Positions 40,956 to 51,290 are shown, counted from the stretch's first letter. The stretch is DNA of 64,000 nt from Ascidiaceihabitans sp. (GCA_047624005.1 JBLHPE010000007.1:5663-69662); one strand, 5' to 3'. Notes: generated by a model not told the origin, from the sequence alone. Numbers and translations: made by a program.

Positions 40956-41675
40956 ATGGATACCAAAGATCCCTTCACACCAAACTTACCTGCACCAACA
41001 GCAAATCGTCCTTTGCTTGGGCTGACCGTCCTTGTGATTGAGGACAGCCGCTTTGCCTGCGAAGCGATGCGGTTGCTGTGCCTTCGTAGCGGCGCACGCA
41101 TTCGACGGGCTGACAGCCTGCGATCCGCACGTCGACATTTGCAAGTATATCGCCCATCCGTTGCCATCATCGATTTAGGTCTGCCCGATGGGAATGGTGT
41201 AGACTTAATCCAAGACCTTGTGTCGAACGCACCGCGTCCGCAGGTGATATTGGGCACCTCAGGCGATCCCTATTCACAAGATGCAGCTCTAAAGGCTGGT
41301 GCCGACGGATTTTTAGCCAAACCGGTCACGTCCCTTGCTATATTTCAGGAAACGATTTTGGCCAGTTTACCTAGCGACCGCCAACCAAACGGACCACGCG
41401 CCTTATCTGACGAGATTATTTATCCCGATATAATTGCCTATCAAGATGATATGGCGCATGTCGCAGATGTCCTTGAGGAAAATAGCGATGGCCGCACCTT
41501 GGATTATGTCGCCCAGTTCTTGGGTGGTGTCGCCCGAAGCGCAAAAGATCATGGGCTGCTTAAAGCCACGGAAGCTTTAGCAGCCAAACGCGACGCAGGT
41601 GAAGCCACATCATCAGAAACAGCGCGTATTGTTGGACTTATTCAAGACAGGCTTAACGATAGGATTGCGATCTAA
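40956..41675 (+). CDS. Response regulator (receiver domain plus non-DNA-binding C-terminus)
   Basis: VLVIEDS, IIDLGLPDGNG, GADGFLAKP. Confidence 0.88.
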   Translation: MDTKDPFTPNLPAPTANRPLLGLTVLVIEDSRFACEAMRLLCLRSGARIRRADSLRSARRHLQVYRPSVAIIDLGLPDGNGVDLIQDLVSNAPRPQVILGTSGDPYSQDAALKAGADGFLAKPVTSLAIFQETILASLPSDRQPNGPRALSDEIIYPDIIAYQDDMAHVADVLEENSDGRTLDYVAQFLGGVARSAKDHGLLKATEALAAKRDAGEATSSETARIVGLIQDRLNDRIAI

Positions 41676-41682
41676 TCCTATC

Positions 41683-42408
41683 TTAAAAAGTCGGATCAGC
41701 GCTTTGGCGGACCAATCCGGTTAGATCGCTTAGGCGTTCGTTTTGCTGACCTGCTGCATCAAAATTTGACGCATTAAGCCAAGCTTTGAAGGCTTCCTTT
41801 AATGCAGGCCACTCACTGTCTATTGCAGCGAACCACGCGGTGTCGCGATTGCGGCCTTTGACGATTGCAGCCTGCCGGAAGACACCTTCAAAGCTAAAGC
41901 CTAAACGTTGCCCAGCGCGACGTGATGGTTTATTCAGCGCGTTGCATTTCCACTCGTATCGCCGATAGCCCGCTTCAAATGCCCACTGCATCATCAAGAA
42001 CATTGCCTCGGTGGCCGCAGGTGTGCGCTGTAAAGCCGGACTATAGTTGATATTTCCAACCTCGATTGAGCCGGCCTCTGGCGCAATGCGCAAGTAGCTT
42101 GCCACACCTTCAAAAGCCCCCGATTGGAGATTCTTAATCACATAGAATACTGTATCGGTCATTGCCTCAGCTTCTCTGACCCAACGATGGTATTGGGAGG
42201 ATGATGAGAACGGTCCGCAAGGCAGGTAGTGCCAAACCTGATCATGCCCCTCGAAAACGCGAAACAAAAGAGCTGCATGTTTTTCGGCGCTTAATCGTTC
42301 AAGTTGGCAATATTTTCCCGTCAGCACATCCCAATTTGGGTGTGGCGGAGTTGTCCAGCGTTCAACAACAATGCCGAGAGGGGCCGGTGAATTTTCAGAA
42401 CTTTTCAT
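41683..42408 (-). CDS. GNAT N-acetyltransferase (RimJ/RimL-like)
   Basis: GSIEVG, GYRRYEWKCNALN, FEGVFRQ, KGRNRDTAW. Confidence 0.9.
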   Translation of the reverse strand: MKSSENSPAPLGIVVERWTTPPHPNWDVLTGKYCQLERLSAEKHAALLFRVFEGHDQVWHYLPCGPFSSSSQYHRWVREAEAMTDTVFYVIKNLQSGAFEGVASYLRIAPEAGSIEVGNINYSPALQRTPAATEAMFLMMQWAFEAGYRRYEWKCNALNKPSRRAGQRLGFSFEGVFRQAAIVKGRNRDTAWFAAIDSEWPALKEAFKAWLNASNFDAAGQQNERLSDLTGLVRQSADPTF

Positions 42409-42560
42409 AGACCCGACACTAGGCTGTTTTCTGCCACTGTCCAATTCCTTTTGTCTAGCTGATGCGCTGCCTCAATTTGGGTTGAACATTGGCCAGCTCA
42501 AAAGAAAGTGCGGGCAGAAATTAACCTGCGCCACCCTAAATTATGAGGACTATCAGTGGT

Positions 42561-44411
42561 TTAGTCTTGCGGAATTACCCTTAGACCTAGTTCCATAAGT
42601 TGATCTGTCATCGGTTCTGACGGTGCTGACATCATCAAGTCTTCGGCCCGTTGGTTCATCGGGAACAGGATAACTTCGCGAATGTTATCAGCATCCGCCA
42701 ACAACATCACGATACGGTCAATACCTGCCGCACACCCACCGTGGGGTGGAGCGCCGTATTGAAAGGCATTGACCATGCCGCCAAAGCGCTTTTCGACTTC
42801 TTCTTTGCCATAACCAGCAATTTCGAAGGCCTTAAACATAATCTCGGGTTGGTGGTTCCGGATCGCGCCAGACACCAATTCATAACCGTTACAGGCAAGG
42901 TCATACTGGTAACCCAAAACTTTCAGCGGATCACCTTGCAGCGCTTCCATCCCACCTTGCGGCATCGAAAATGGATTGTGTTCGAAATCGATTTTGCCAG
43001 TCACTTCGTCTTTTTCGTAGATTGGGAAATCAACGATCCATGCGAAAGCAAAGCGATCCATGTCCGTTAGGCCTAGCTCTTCGCCAATCACGTTACGAGC
43101 GCGGCCAGCAACAGATTCAAATGCTTTGGGCTTGCCACCCAAGAAGAACGCAGCATCACCAAGTCCAAGACCCAATTGCTGACGGATCGCCTCCGTCCGC
43201 TCTGGTCCGATGTTTTTCGCCAGCGGTCCAGCAGCTTCCATGCCACCCGTCACTTCGCCAGATTTCAATTTAGCTTGGGCTTCTTTTACAGTAATACCCA
43301 ATTCTTGCGCCACAGCGTCTGATGTTTTTTCACGCCAGAAGATGTAGCCCATTCCGGGCAACCCTTCTTGTTGTGCAAATTTATTCATCCGGTCACAGAA
43401 CTTACGGCTGCCACCCTTTGGGGCTGGGATGGCGCGAATTTGTGTACCGGCCTGCTCCAACAGGCTTGCAAAGATCGCAAAGCCGGAACCTGCAAAGTGT
43501 TCGGAAACCACCTGCATTTTGATCGGGTTGCGCAAGTCTGGTTTATCGGAACCGTACCAAAGCGCAGCATCCTTATACGAAATCTGTTCCCAATCGTGAT
43601 CAACTTTACGGCCACCACCAAATTCTTCAAACACACCAGCAATAACCGGCTCAATTGTGTCGAACACGTCTTGCTGGGTGACAAAGCTCATCTCAAGGTC
43701 GAGCTGATAGAAGTCTGTCGGCGAGCGATCCGCCCGTGGGTCTTCATCGCGGAAACACGGTGCGATTTGGAAATACTTGTCGAAACCCGAAACCATCAAC
43801 AGCTGTTTGAATTGCTGCGGCGCTTGTGGCAGCGCGTAGAATTTACCAGGGTGTAAACGCGAAGGCACCAAGAAATCACGCGCACCTTCAGGGGACGATG
43901 CAGTGATGATCGGCGTTTGGAATTCTTTGAATTTTTTATCCCACATGCGCTGACGGATCGATGAAACAACATCAGAACGCAGGATCATATTTTTCTGCAT
44001 CTTCTCGCGGCGCAGATCAAGGTAACGATACTTCAGGCGGGTTTCTTCAGGGTATTCCTGATCACCAAACACCATCAAAGGTAGTTCTGCAGAGGCACCC
44101 AAAACTTCCAGATCACGCACGAAGACTTCGATTTCACCCGTTGGGATTTTGCTGTTTATCAAATCAGCTGCGCGCGCCTTAACCGTACCATCAATCCGGA
44201 TACACCATTCCGAGCGGACCTTTTCCAAATCGGAAAACACAGGGCTGTCCGGATCGCAAAGAACTTGTGTGATGCCGTAATGGTCACGCAAATCGATGAA
44301 CAAAATGCCACCGTGATCGCGGACGCGGTGAACCCATCCAGAAAGGCGGATGTTCTCCCCCACATTGGCGGCGGTGAGATCTGCGCAGGAATGGCTACGA
44401 TAAGCGTGCAT
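42561..44411 (-). CDS. aspS: Aspartate--tRNA ligase
   Basis: [40 protein letters not shown]. Start set at MHAYRSH. Confidence 0.98.
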   Translation of the reverse strand: MHAYRSHSCADLTAANVGENIRLSGWVHRVRDHGGILFIDLRDHYGITQVLCDPDSPVFSDLEKVRSEWCIRIDGTVKARAADLINSKIPTGEIEVFVRDLEVLGASAELPLMVFGDQEYPEETRLKYRYLDLRREKMQKNMILRSDVVSSIRQRMWDKKFKEFQTPIITASSPEGARDFLVPSRLHPGKFYALPQAPQQFKQLLMVSGFDKYFQIAPCFRDEDPRADRSPTDFYQLDLEMSFVTQQDVFDTIEPVIAGVFEEFGGGRKVDHDWEQISYKDAALWYGSDKPDLRNPIKMQVVSEHFAGSGFAIFASLLEQAGTQIRAIPAPKGGSRKFCDRMNKFAQQEGLPGMGYIFWREKTSDAVAQELGITVKEAQAKLKSGEVTGGMEAAGPLAKNIGPERTEAIRQQLGLGLGDAAFFLGGKPKAFESVAGRARNVIGEELGLTDMDRFAFAWIVDFPIYEKDEVTGKIDFEHNPFSMPQGGMEALQGDPLKVLGYQYDLACNGYELVSGAIRNHQPEIMFKAFEIAGYGKEEVEKRFGGMVNAFQYGAPPHGGCAAGIDRIVMLLADADNIREVILFPMNQRAEDLMMSAPSEPMTDQLMELGLRVIPQD

Positions 44412-44602
44412 GGTATGGTCCCCTCTGTGGGCGAAAAACTTTGGGCAGGTACACCGCTCAACGCATAAGAAGTCAAGATGCAGGGGCCAGCGATCCGCCA
44501 AAATAGGCGCGAAAATCGGGGAATTATGACCTTAGGTCGTTATTCCTTTCTCGTGTGCATTGCGTAGCATGGCGAAAAGCACAGCATTGATAGGGTGATC
44601 AA

Positions 44603-45433
44603 ATGGAAATTGCAGGGAAAACAGCGTTCGTTACAGGTGGCGCATCGGGGATCGGACTAGAGATTGGCCGTCAATTGATGGAGCTAGGTGCGAATGTAAT
44701 GTTGGCTGACCTCGACGCAGTTGGCTTGGCGGCTGCCAAGGCTGATCTTGGCAAAGTTGATACGGTTGTATGCGATGTGGCGGATGCCGCATCGGTCCAA
44801 GCAGCGGCAGATGCAACAATTGCGCAGTTTGGTAAAGTCCATATTGTCGTGAACAATGCGGGCGTTTCATTGGCAGGTGCTGCAGGTCAAATGCCACTGC
44901 AGGATTGGCGTTGGATCGTGGACATCAATTTGATGGGGGTTGTTCACGGCGTCGAGATTTTCACGCCACTTATGCAGTCTCAGGGCGAAGGTGGGTACTT
45001 TATCAACACAGCATCAATGTCAGGCCACCTCGCGACCCAGCAACTTGGAGCCTATACAGCGACCAAATTTGCGGTCGTCGGGCTGTCTGAATCCATGCGT
45101 CAGGATTTGGCAGATCACAACATCGGTGTGTCTGTACTGTGCCCGGGCTGGGTAAAGACTGACATCAATAAAACAAGATCACACGTAAATCGTCCATCTG
45201 GTAAGGGACGTGCTGACGAAAGTGAAAATCCAGGGATGAAGGTCGTCAGCGAAGCTGTTGAGCAAGGGCTACCTCCACGCCATGTCGCGGAATGGGCGGT
45301 AGAGTGTATGCAAGCAGGTCGCTTCTATATCTTCACGCACCCCAGCATGCGTCGATGGGTTCAAAAACGCGCGGCGCTGGTGGATGCAGATTACGCCGCT
45401 TGTATAGATGATCCACGGTTCACAGATCGCTGA
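44603..45433 (+). CDS. SDR oxidoreductase
   Basis: TGGASGIG, NNAG, YTATK. Confidence 0.92.
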   Translation: MEIAGKTAFVTGGASGIGLEIGRQLMELGANVMLADLDAVGLAAAKADLGKVDTVVCDVADAASVQAAADATIAQFGKVHIVVNNAGVSLAGAAGQMPLQDWRWIVDINLMGVVHGVEIFTPLMQSQGEGGYFINTASMSGHLATQQLGAYTATKFAVVGLSESMRQDLADHNIGVSVLCPGWVKTDINKTRSHVNRPSGKGRADESENPGMKVVSEAVEQGLPPRHVAEWAVECMQAGRFYIFTHPSMRRWVQKRAALVDADYAACIDDPRFTDR

Positions 45434-45619
45434 ATGTTATCCGTATTATTGGAATAAAGAGTTTCAATAATTCGGACCTACATCGAGCCCTCCAAGGGAA
45501 TTGACTGGCTCAGGCACGGCGTCGATCGCGTCGAAGTTTTGGACGTAAACTTTACCGTTGTTAAGACTGTCATAGCGCCCTTTCAGGCCACAAAGTATAA
45601 GCGCGCGCTTTTCGGTTGC

Positions 45620-46738
45620 CTACACAAACACCTCTTCCAACAAAATATCGCCACGCTCTTCGAACTCTTCAAGAGCAAGGTCAACATCTTGGGCTGTCGG
45701 GTTGGTCCAGTTAGCATTTGAGATAATGCCTGCGTCGCTCAAAGACTGCGCTGTCTTTTCAAAATCTACCAAAGATATGACTTCGTTCAATTGCACTGCT
45801 TCGCCTTCACGGAACCAGTAACGTGTGCAATTGTCGCTGATCGCAGGATCGATCGATGCGAAACGGCGTAGTTGTTCTTGAAAGTCGAGGAAAATTTTAC
45901 CTGGGCGTCGCAGCAGAATGGCAACTTTAGTGTCAGCGCCCGCAACAAATGCCGCTAAGTGAAGTGCTGAGTTGTCGGTTGAGACGATAACTTTTGCCGC
46001 CTTGTAATGCTCTAGCTGGGTCTGCAGGTCATGCTGTTGGGGGTGAAAGATCGTGAAACCGTCGGCTTCCAAATGCTCCTCGACCCGTTCCTCTAACAAT
46101 AGACGGCCACGTTTGCTGAAAACTTCACTGCGCGATATATATAATTTTTCGGGCCCATTTGCCGTCACCCGTTGGCGCCACCGGCGATCCGTAAAGTTAC
46201 GGAATTCTGGCGCACCGCCAATCATGTTATTGACGCCAAACGCTTGTGGCGCGATCACCAATCTTTCGACCCGTGTTGGTTCGTTAATTGCTGTACAGGG
46301 TGGTAAGTCCCCTAGACTTTCTGCCAACTGTCTAACCTGCAGTAAGCTTCGTTCCGGCCACGTCACCTTCTTCTTGGGAAGGAACAGGATACTGTTTATT
46401 TGCTCATCACAGTTGTCTACGGCCCAAAGGCGCGAAATGCTTTCGCACAAAGCATGGCCAAAATGACCATAGGCGAGCCCACCAAAAAGAACTGTACCAC
46501 TGATAGCTTCCGTTACCTCATCAGCAGTTGGAAATTCAGGACGCACTGTGGTTGGTCGGTTTGCAGCGCGGTATGTCATCGCATCGGCGCAAAATTCACC
46601 TTCAGCAGTAAATACGCCAGCCGGACGCGCCATATTTTGCTTCGCCCCCCTCCCCCAAGGTACCACAATCGCGTTTTCTACAACGCGTATTTCACTAGCT
46701 AAAGAAGCATCAGGGGAAAAGTTTAACATCTTAGGCAC
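45620..46738 (-). CDS. Glycosyltransferase family 61 (DUF563-like)
   Basis: HFGHALCE..SRLW, KLYISRS, EERVEE.L...GF.IFHP, SALH. Confidence 0.8.
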   Translation of the reverse strand: MPKMLNFSPDASLASEIRVVENAIVVPWGRGAKQNMARPAGVFTAEGEFCADAMTYRAANRPTTVRPEFPTADEVTEAISGTVLFGGLAYGHFGHALCESISRLWAVDNCDEQINSILFLPKKKVTWPERSLLQVRQLAESLGDLPPCTAINEPTRVERLVIAPQAFGVNNMIGGAPEFRNFTDRRWRQRVTANGPEKLYISRSEVFSKRGRLLLEERVEEHLEADGFTIFHPQQHDLQTQLEHYKAAKVIVSTDNSALHLAAFVAGADTKVAILLRRPGKIFLDFQEQLRRFASIDPAISDNCTRYWFREGEAVQLNEVISLVDFEKTAQSLSDAGIISNANWTNPTAQDVDLALEEFEERGDILLEEVFV

Positions 46739-46759
46739 TCGTCAGTTCAGTGTTTTACG

Positions 46760-49054
46760 TTATTGCTTTATCTGTGATCGTAATTGTTTTTCATGGGTCT
46801 TCCCATAAATCCGAACGACACTCACACCAAGGATGATGTCTGTGTAATCGTCATTTGGTGCAGAAATATGAGGAGATTTAGGCCATTTCGTGAGATCCAA
46901 AATGTAGTCCGTGTCCCAACTCTCAAACTCCGTGATACCGCCATATTCCAGCATAAAGACCGCTTTACCCGGACCAGGTGTTATCTTGTTGTGGCCACTT
47001 CCAACAAATATTCGGTCATCGCCCCCTTCAGAACGCACCAAATTCCGCCCGGGTCCTGTGTGGATTTCAGACCCACCTGTACCGTCAGAAATATCATCGT
47101 TTCCGGGACCGCCGTAAATTTTACTGCGCCCGTTTCCACCACGGATGACATCGTTTCCGGTGCCCCCGTCCAGAACGTCGCGCGCATTCCCACCAATCAA
47201 TGTGTCATTGCCAGCACCGCCATAGAAATAATGGATGTCTTTTCCCCGGCCTGACTTCGCAATAAGCATATCATCGCCTGCACCACCGTGGAACGTCGCA
47301 CCGCCATACTTGGGCCCGACCATGACATCGGCCCCTCGACTGCCCTGCACATTAACGGTAACGCGTTCAGAGGTTTCAAAATTTATGGGCGTATCTGGAT
47401 GTGCAACGATTGCCATTTCTTTAGATTCGGTCGGGTTATCCTCGTTGCGCGAGACCACCGTCGCGATACGGATATTCTCAATATAAGCTGGCGCATGCAG
47501 CACATAGTTATCGGGTCCCCCCATGTACCATAACGTATCAGTGCCGCCATCTGCTTCCTCAACGATCTTTTCGGCATTTTCGCCGTAGGCCCAATAGTTG
47601 TTGTCTGCATTCCCACCTGCCAAGACCACGCTGCCATCAAGCGACATCATCGCGTTGATACCACGCGCTGGGTTTTCAAAGCCTCGCAAATCCAATCCAA
47701 GATCAAGGGCATTGTCGATCAATGTTTGACGTAATTCCTGTATCGGGGCGGTTTCATGGATGTTGTCCGTCTCTCCGGGGTCAGCAACCAAATCATAAAC
47801 ATGTTCTTCACCATTTGGGTATCGGAAGTAACGATACCGGTTCAAATCCCCTGTCGCTGGACGCACAGACAACGTGCCGAAAACCGAAGTGACGGGGGAC
47901 TTCGTTATGTCGAACGCGCCAAAGCTATCGTCAACCAATGGAAGCAGGCTTTGGCCAGAAACCCAATCAGGACGATAGGGCAATCCAGCCAAGTCCATAA
48001 TAGTTTTGGGGATGTTATGAAGAGATATAGGACGATCAATTACTTTGGGTTCTTTGATCCGCGCATTCCAAAGACCAAGTGGAACATGGGCTGCACTGTC
48101 CCACTGGCTCATCTTATGGAAACTGTCATGCGTTCCTAGGTTAAAGCCATTGTCAGACAGCAAAATGACACTCGTATTTTCGGCAAAATCTGACGCTCGC
48201 AAGGCATCCATAAACCGACCGATTTCATGATCAACGTGTGAGATAGCAGCAAAATATGCCCGTACCACCTCGCGCCACGCATGGTCCCCAGCCTTCTCAG
48301 GTGTCCACGGCCCGTTTGCGATATATGCCGCCTCATAGACAGCCATGCCCTCCTGCGGGCCGAAATAATCCTCAGGAGCTGCAGTGGTCGGCCACACAAT
48401 TTCCGCTGGATCATAGGTTTGGTAAAACCGATCTGGACACTGCAATTTATAATGCGGATGTTTAAAGCCCAACTGGATCAAATGACGACGCGATGGGTCT
48501 GCCCGTTCCAAATATTCGATCGCGTTTTGTGCGACGCGGTAATCATAAAATTTGCGGTCTTGGGAGCCATCATCATTTGGATGCCCAACACCCGAAATAC
48601 CAGGACCTTTGTCCAGATAATCCTTAACATCGTTACGCTTACCCGCATCCCGCGCAGCCGGTTCTTCGTGAAACAAAACCCGTTTGTATTCTTCCGGCAT
48701 AGGTTTGTAGTTGCTGTCGACTTTGCCCGTCGTGAAAGTTTTAAAACCCGCGCGGCGCAGATCGAATTGCCAGCCTGCAGTCGGGGGCAAAATATCGCGC
48801 CAGAAGCGGTTCAGATCAACAAGACCTGTGCGAAACGGCGACAACCCCGTCGCCAGTTCGGCGCGGCACGGGGCACACAGTGGCACGGTTGCATAGGCAT
48901 TTGAGAACCGTACACCCTCCGCCATAAAGCGATCGATATTGGGCGTTGAAATGGAAAGGCCAAACGCTTTGCGCCAAGTGAACACATCAATCATGTCATC
49001 GATCCAGATGACGCAGATATTGTCGCCCTGTGTTTGGGTTTTATCAAAACTCAT
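46760..49054 (-). CDS. Formylglycine-type sulfatase fused to C-terminal RTX Ca-binding repeats
   Basis: IDD, TPNIDR, CAPCRAELATG (CxPxR), KHPH, SDNG..LG.H...HK, YDLVADPGE, then GGAGDDML, GGAGNDTL, GGTGNDVI, GGPGNDDI. No signal peptide. Confidence 0.9.
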   Translation of the reverse strand: MSFDKTQTQGDNICVIWIDDMIDVFTWRKAFGLSISTPNIDRFMAEGVRFSNAYATVPLCAPCRAELATGLSPFRTGLVDLNRFWRDILPPTAGWQFDLRRAGFKTFTTGKVDSNYKPMPEEYKRVLFHEEPAARDAGKRNDVKDYLDKGPGISGVGHPNDDGSQDRKFYDYRVAQNAIEYLERADPSRRHLIQLGFKHPHYKLQCPDRFYQTYDPAEIVWPTTAAPEDYFGPQEGMAVYEAAYIANGPWTPEKAGDHAWREVVRAYFAAISHVDHEIGRFMDALRASDFAENTSVILLSDNGFNLGTHDSFHKMSQWDSAAHVPLGLWNARIKEPKVIDRPISLHNIPKTIMDLAGLPYRPDWVSGQSLLPLVDDSFGAFDITKSPVTSVFGTLSVRPATGDLNRYRYFRYPNGEEHVYDLVADPGETDNIHETAPIQELRQTLIDNALDLGLDLRGFENPARGINAMMSLDGSVVLAGGNADNNYWAYGENAEKIVEEADGGTDTLWYMGGPDNYVLHAPAYIENIRIATVVSRNEDNPTESKEMAIVAHPDTPINFETSERVTVNVQGSRGADVMVGPKYGGATFHGGAGDDMLIAKSGRGKDIHYFYGGAGNDTLIGGNARDVLDGGTGNDVIRGGNGRSKIYGGPGNDDISDGTGGSEIHTGPGRNLVRSEGGDDRIFVGSGHNKITPGPGKAVFMLEYGGITEFESWDTDYILDLTKWPKSPHISAPNDDYTDIILGVSVVRIYGKTHEKQLRSQIKQ

Positions 49055-49839
49055 TGAGGGGCACCTTTACTTTCGCAATGTCGGCAAACTGCATTCAAAA
49101 CGTCATGATCACCACCACATAAATCTTGATCGATCCAAAGCAGCAGATCGTGAATACGCGAAACACCAAGCGTTTTAAGAATACCTTTGCGGTGCGAGCG
49201 ACATCCAATAAACACATCACAGGCTCCGGAGAAATCAACCGCAAGCTCTTGTTTCGAAACTTCGCTGATCATCGGTATAGGGAATCCCACACCATCACCA
49301 ACGACCGACATTGATAATCTTCCAGCATCAAACCCTACAACAACCCAGCCACCGCCTTTGGGTGCAGGCATGGTGATTCCCGACTGATCTTTCTGATCTT
49401 GCCAACTGACATGCCCATCCTTCTCAGCCAAGAAAAGGTAGGTGTCGTGATCGCAAGGGTTGATGGTCAAAAGTGTTCGCGCATCGCCAAAATCAGATGA
49501 ATATCGAATCGCAAAACTGAAGTGTGCCGGGTCAACCAACGCATTGTTGATCACCAAGCCAGAATTGATTTCACGTTCAAAACTCAAACCACCATCAGGT
49601 GACAACCGTAGATTATCAGTGTTGGGTTTTACTGGTACTGCGACCTCGCCCAATCCGTCTTGCGGCGCCCACTGTAGAACCTCGCCAGTATCATTACACG
49701 TGAAGGATTCTTGATCTGCGCAATACCATACCGCACCAGCCACGTTTGGGTGGATAAGCTTTTGTACGACAGTGCTGTCCGACAAAAGTACGGCATCTGG
49801 CACCGTTACGTCGACAAAATATGGGGAAACCTGATCCAT
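49051..49839 (-). CDS. Hypothetical protein, probable LamG/concanavalin A-like beta-sandwich
   Basis: WYCAD...GEVLQW, FSFAIRY, WVVVGFD, FIG...IHDLLLW pattern. TGATG and ATGA overlaps with its neighbours. Fold inferred by eye. Confidence 0.6.
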   Translation of the reverse strand: MDQVSPYFVDVTVPDAVLLSDSTVVQKLIHPNVAGAVWYCADQESFTCNDTGEVLQWAPQDGLGEVAVPVKPNTDNLRLSPDGGLSFEREINSGLVINNALVDPAHFSFAIRYSSDFGDARTLLTINPCDHDTYLFLAEKDGHVSWQDQKDQSGITMPAPKGGGWVVVGFDAGRLSMSVVGDGVGFPIPMISEVSKQELAVDFSGACDVFIGCRSHRKGILKTLGVSRIHDLLLWIDQDLCGGDHDVLNAVCRHCESKGAPQ

Positions 49840-51290
49840 CAATGAACTGGCAATGCGGCAGGCAAAGCCCAGCGATAAAGGGTATCACCCGTTTTACTAG
49901 CATGATGCCATTCATCTCGAATGGCACCGCGGTTGGCTGGCATACCGTCGCTCGACGCGGCATGTGCTACGGCATAAAGTAAGGTAAGACCGTCCCCTTC
50001 AGGCGCTATGTCACAGGTAATAAGCAAATCGTTTTGATCATCAGAAGCAGCATCAACATCTAGTATTTTAGCATCGTTGGTACATCCCTCAAATGCAAAC
50101 CCACAGGTGGGACCCGCGTTCAGAGGATCATCCCGATCAATGATCAAAGCATTCATTGACTGCGCACGACAGCGAATAACGCGTGGATCTTCTTCACGCT
50201 CTGCTAACAGCAAAACAGGGCAAGACCAGTCTTCGTCATTGTTGCAGCTTTCGATTGCAAAGGCGTCCATCTCAGCCATCTGTTTGCGAGCTAGTGGAGT
50301 TGCACGGCCAAAGTGATCCAGCTCAAACATGTAGCTGGGCGCAGAATAAAAAATGTCATGCCCACCCTTATTCCATGATAAATCCCACTGCGCACGCATA
50401 ACTGGGTGGTCAGAAACATTTTGCGTTCCTGATTCAAATGGCGCGATAAAAAGCGGTTTTCGCAGGCCATGATCGGCGAACAAATCGGTGATTGTTTGCA
50501 TGATGCTGTACATTCCACGACGCCAAACATCGCCAGTGTCAGCAACCGCTTCAAGAGTGAAATCCAACCCAACAGCCAGAACCTTGGGCGCAACCCCTAA
50601 GGTCGCAGCCGCAGCACAGAAGTTGGCTGTCGTTTGACGAAAGTTTGCCATCGCGGGGCCATCTGCCAAACTCAAAATCGACGACGAGCTGTCCGTTTCG
50701 CTACGCACATACATTACGGGTAAAGCACGATATTCAGATAGGCGACGGCCCACTATTTCATCGCCTACAAGACTGTCACGCGTTTGTTCGTTTAACCGTT
50801 CTATCAAGTCTGTTTGCTCGACAACCTGCGATCCGGCAGGGCCAGCCGACCCCATATCATCACCAGTGCTAAGCACATGGTAGGGAAACTCAACAGGTTC
50901 ATCCGACGTCGTTGCACGGCGCGCCCCGCCTAAGGACAACAGCCCATAAAGTGCTGTAGATGGGTTCGCTATTATGCACGGGAAACTATCGCCAACTGCC
51001 TTGATCCGTCGGCGGAAATGGCCAACGTTTTGCGCACCCGGAAGGTGCGCGTGGAACATATACCACCCTTCACCTTCGCGCACGTCCCACGCGTTAATGT
51101 CGCCTAAAACACTGGCGTCCACCACACGCGCATCTGATGTTAGATCGAGCCGGGTTTGGATGTCGGCGATCACACTATCTGCAAGGTTAAGCCGTACGCC
51201 AGTTTCGTCAAAACCGATAACGTCCCCGTTTTGTGCCCGCAAAAGAACACCGCGTTTTGGCTTGTCAGTCATTGGTGGTTTTTGTGTCAT
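49839..51290 (-). CDS. Hypothetical protein, degenerate SGNH/SASA esterase-like domain plus C-terminal beta domain
   Basis: 483-aa ORF. Overall pattern and C-terminus (RGAIRD...LYRWALP) recall SASA-domain phage tail proteins, but the canonical catalytic motifs are not recognisable. Confidence 0.55.
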   Translation of the reverse strand: MTQKPPMTDKPKRGVLLRAQNGDVIGFDETGVRLNLADSVIADIQTRLDLTSDARVVDASVLGDINAWDVREGEGWYMFHAHLPGAQNVGHFRRRIKAVGDSFPCIIANPSTALYGLLSLGGARRATTSDEPVEFPYHVLSTGDDMGSAGPAGSQVVEQTDLIERLNEQTRDSLVGDEIVGRRLSEYRALPVMYVRSETDSSSSILSLADGPAMANFRQTTANFCAAAATLGVAPKVLAVGLDFTLEAVADTGDVWRRGMYSIMQTITDLFADHGLRKPLFIAPFESGTQNVSDHPVMRAQWDLSWNKGGHDIFYSAPSYMFELDHFGRATPLARKQMAEMDAFAIESCNNDEDWSCPVLLLAEREEDPRVIRCRAQSMNALIIDRDDPLNAGPTCGFAFEGCTNDAKILDVDAASDDQNDLLITCDIAPEGDGLTLLYAVAHAASSDGMPANRGAIRDEWHHASKTGDTLYRWALPAALPVH

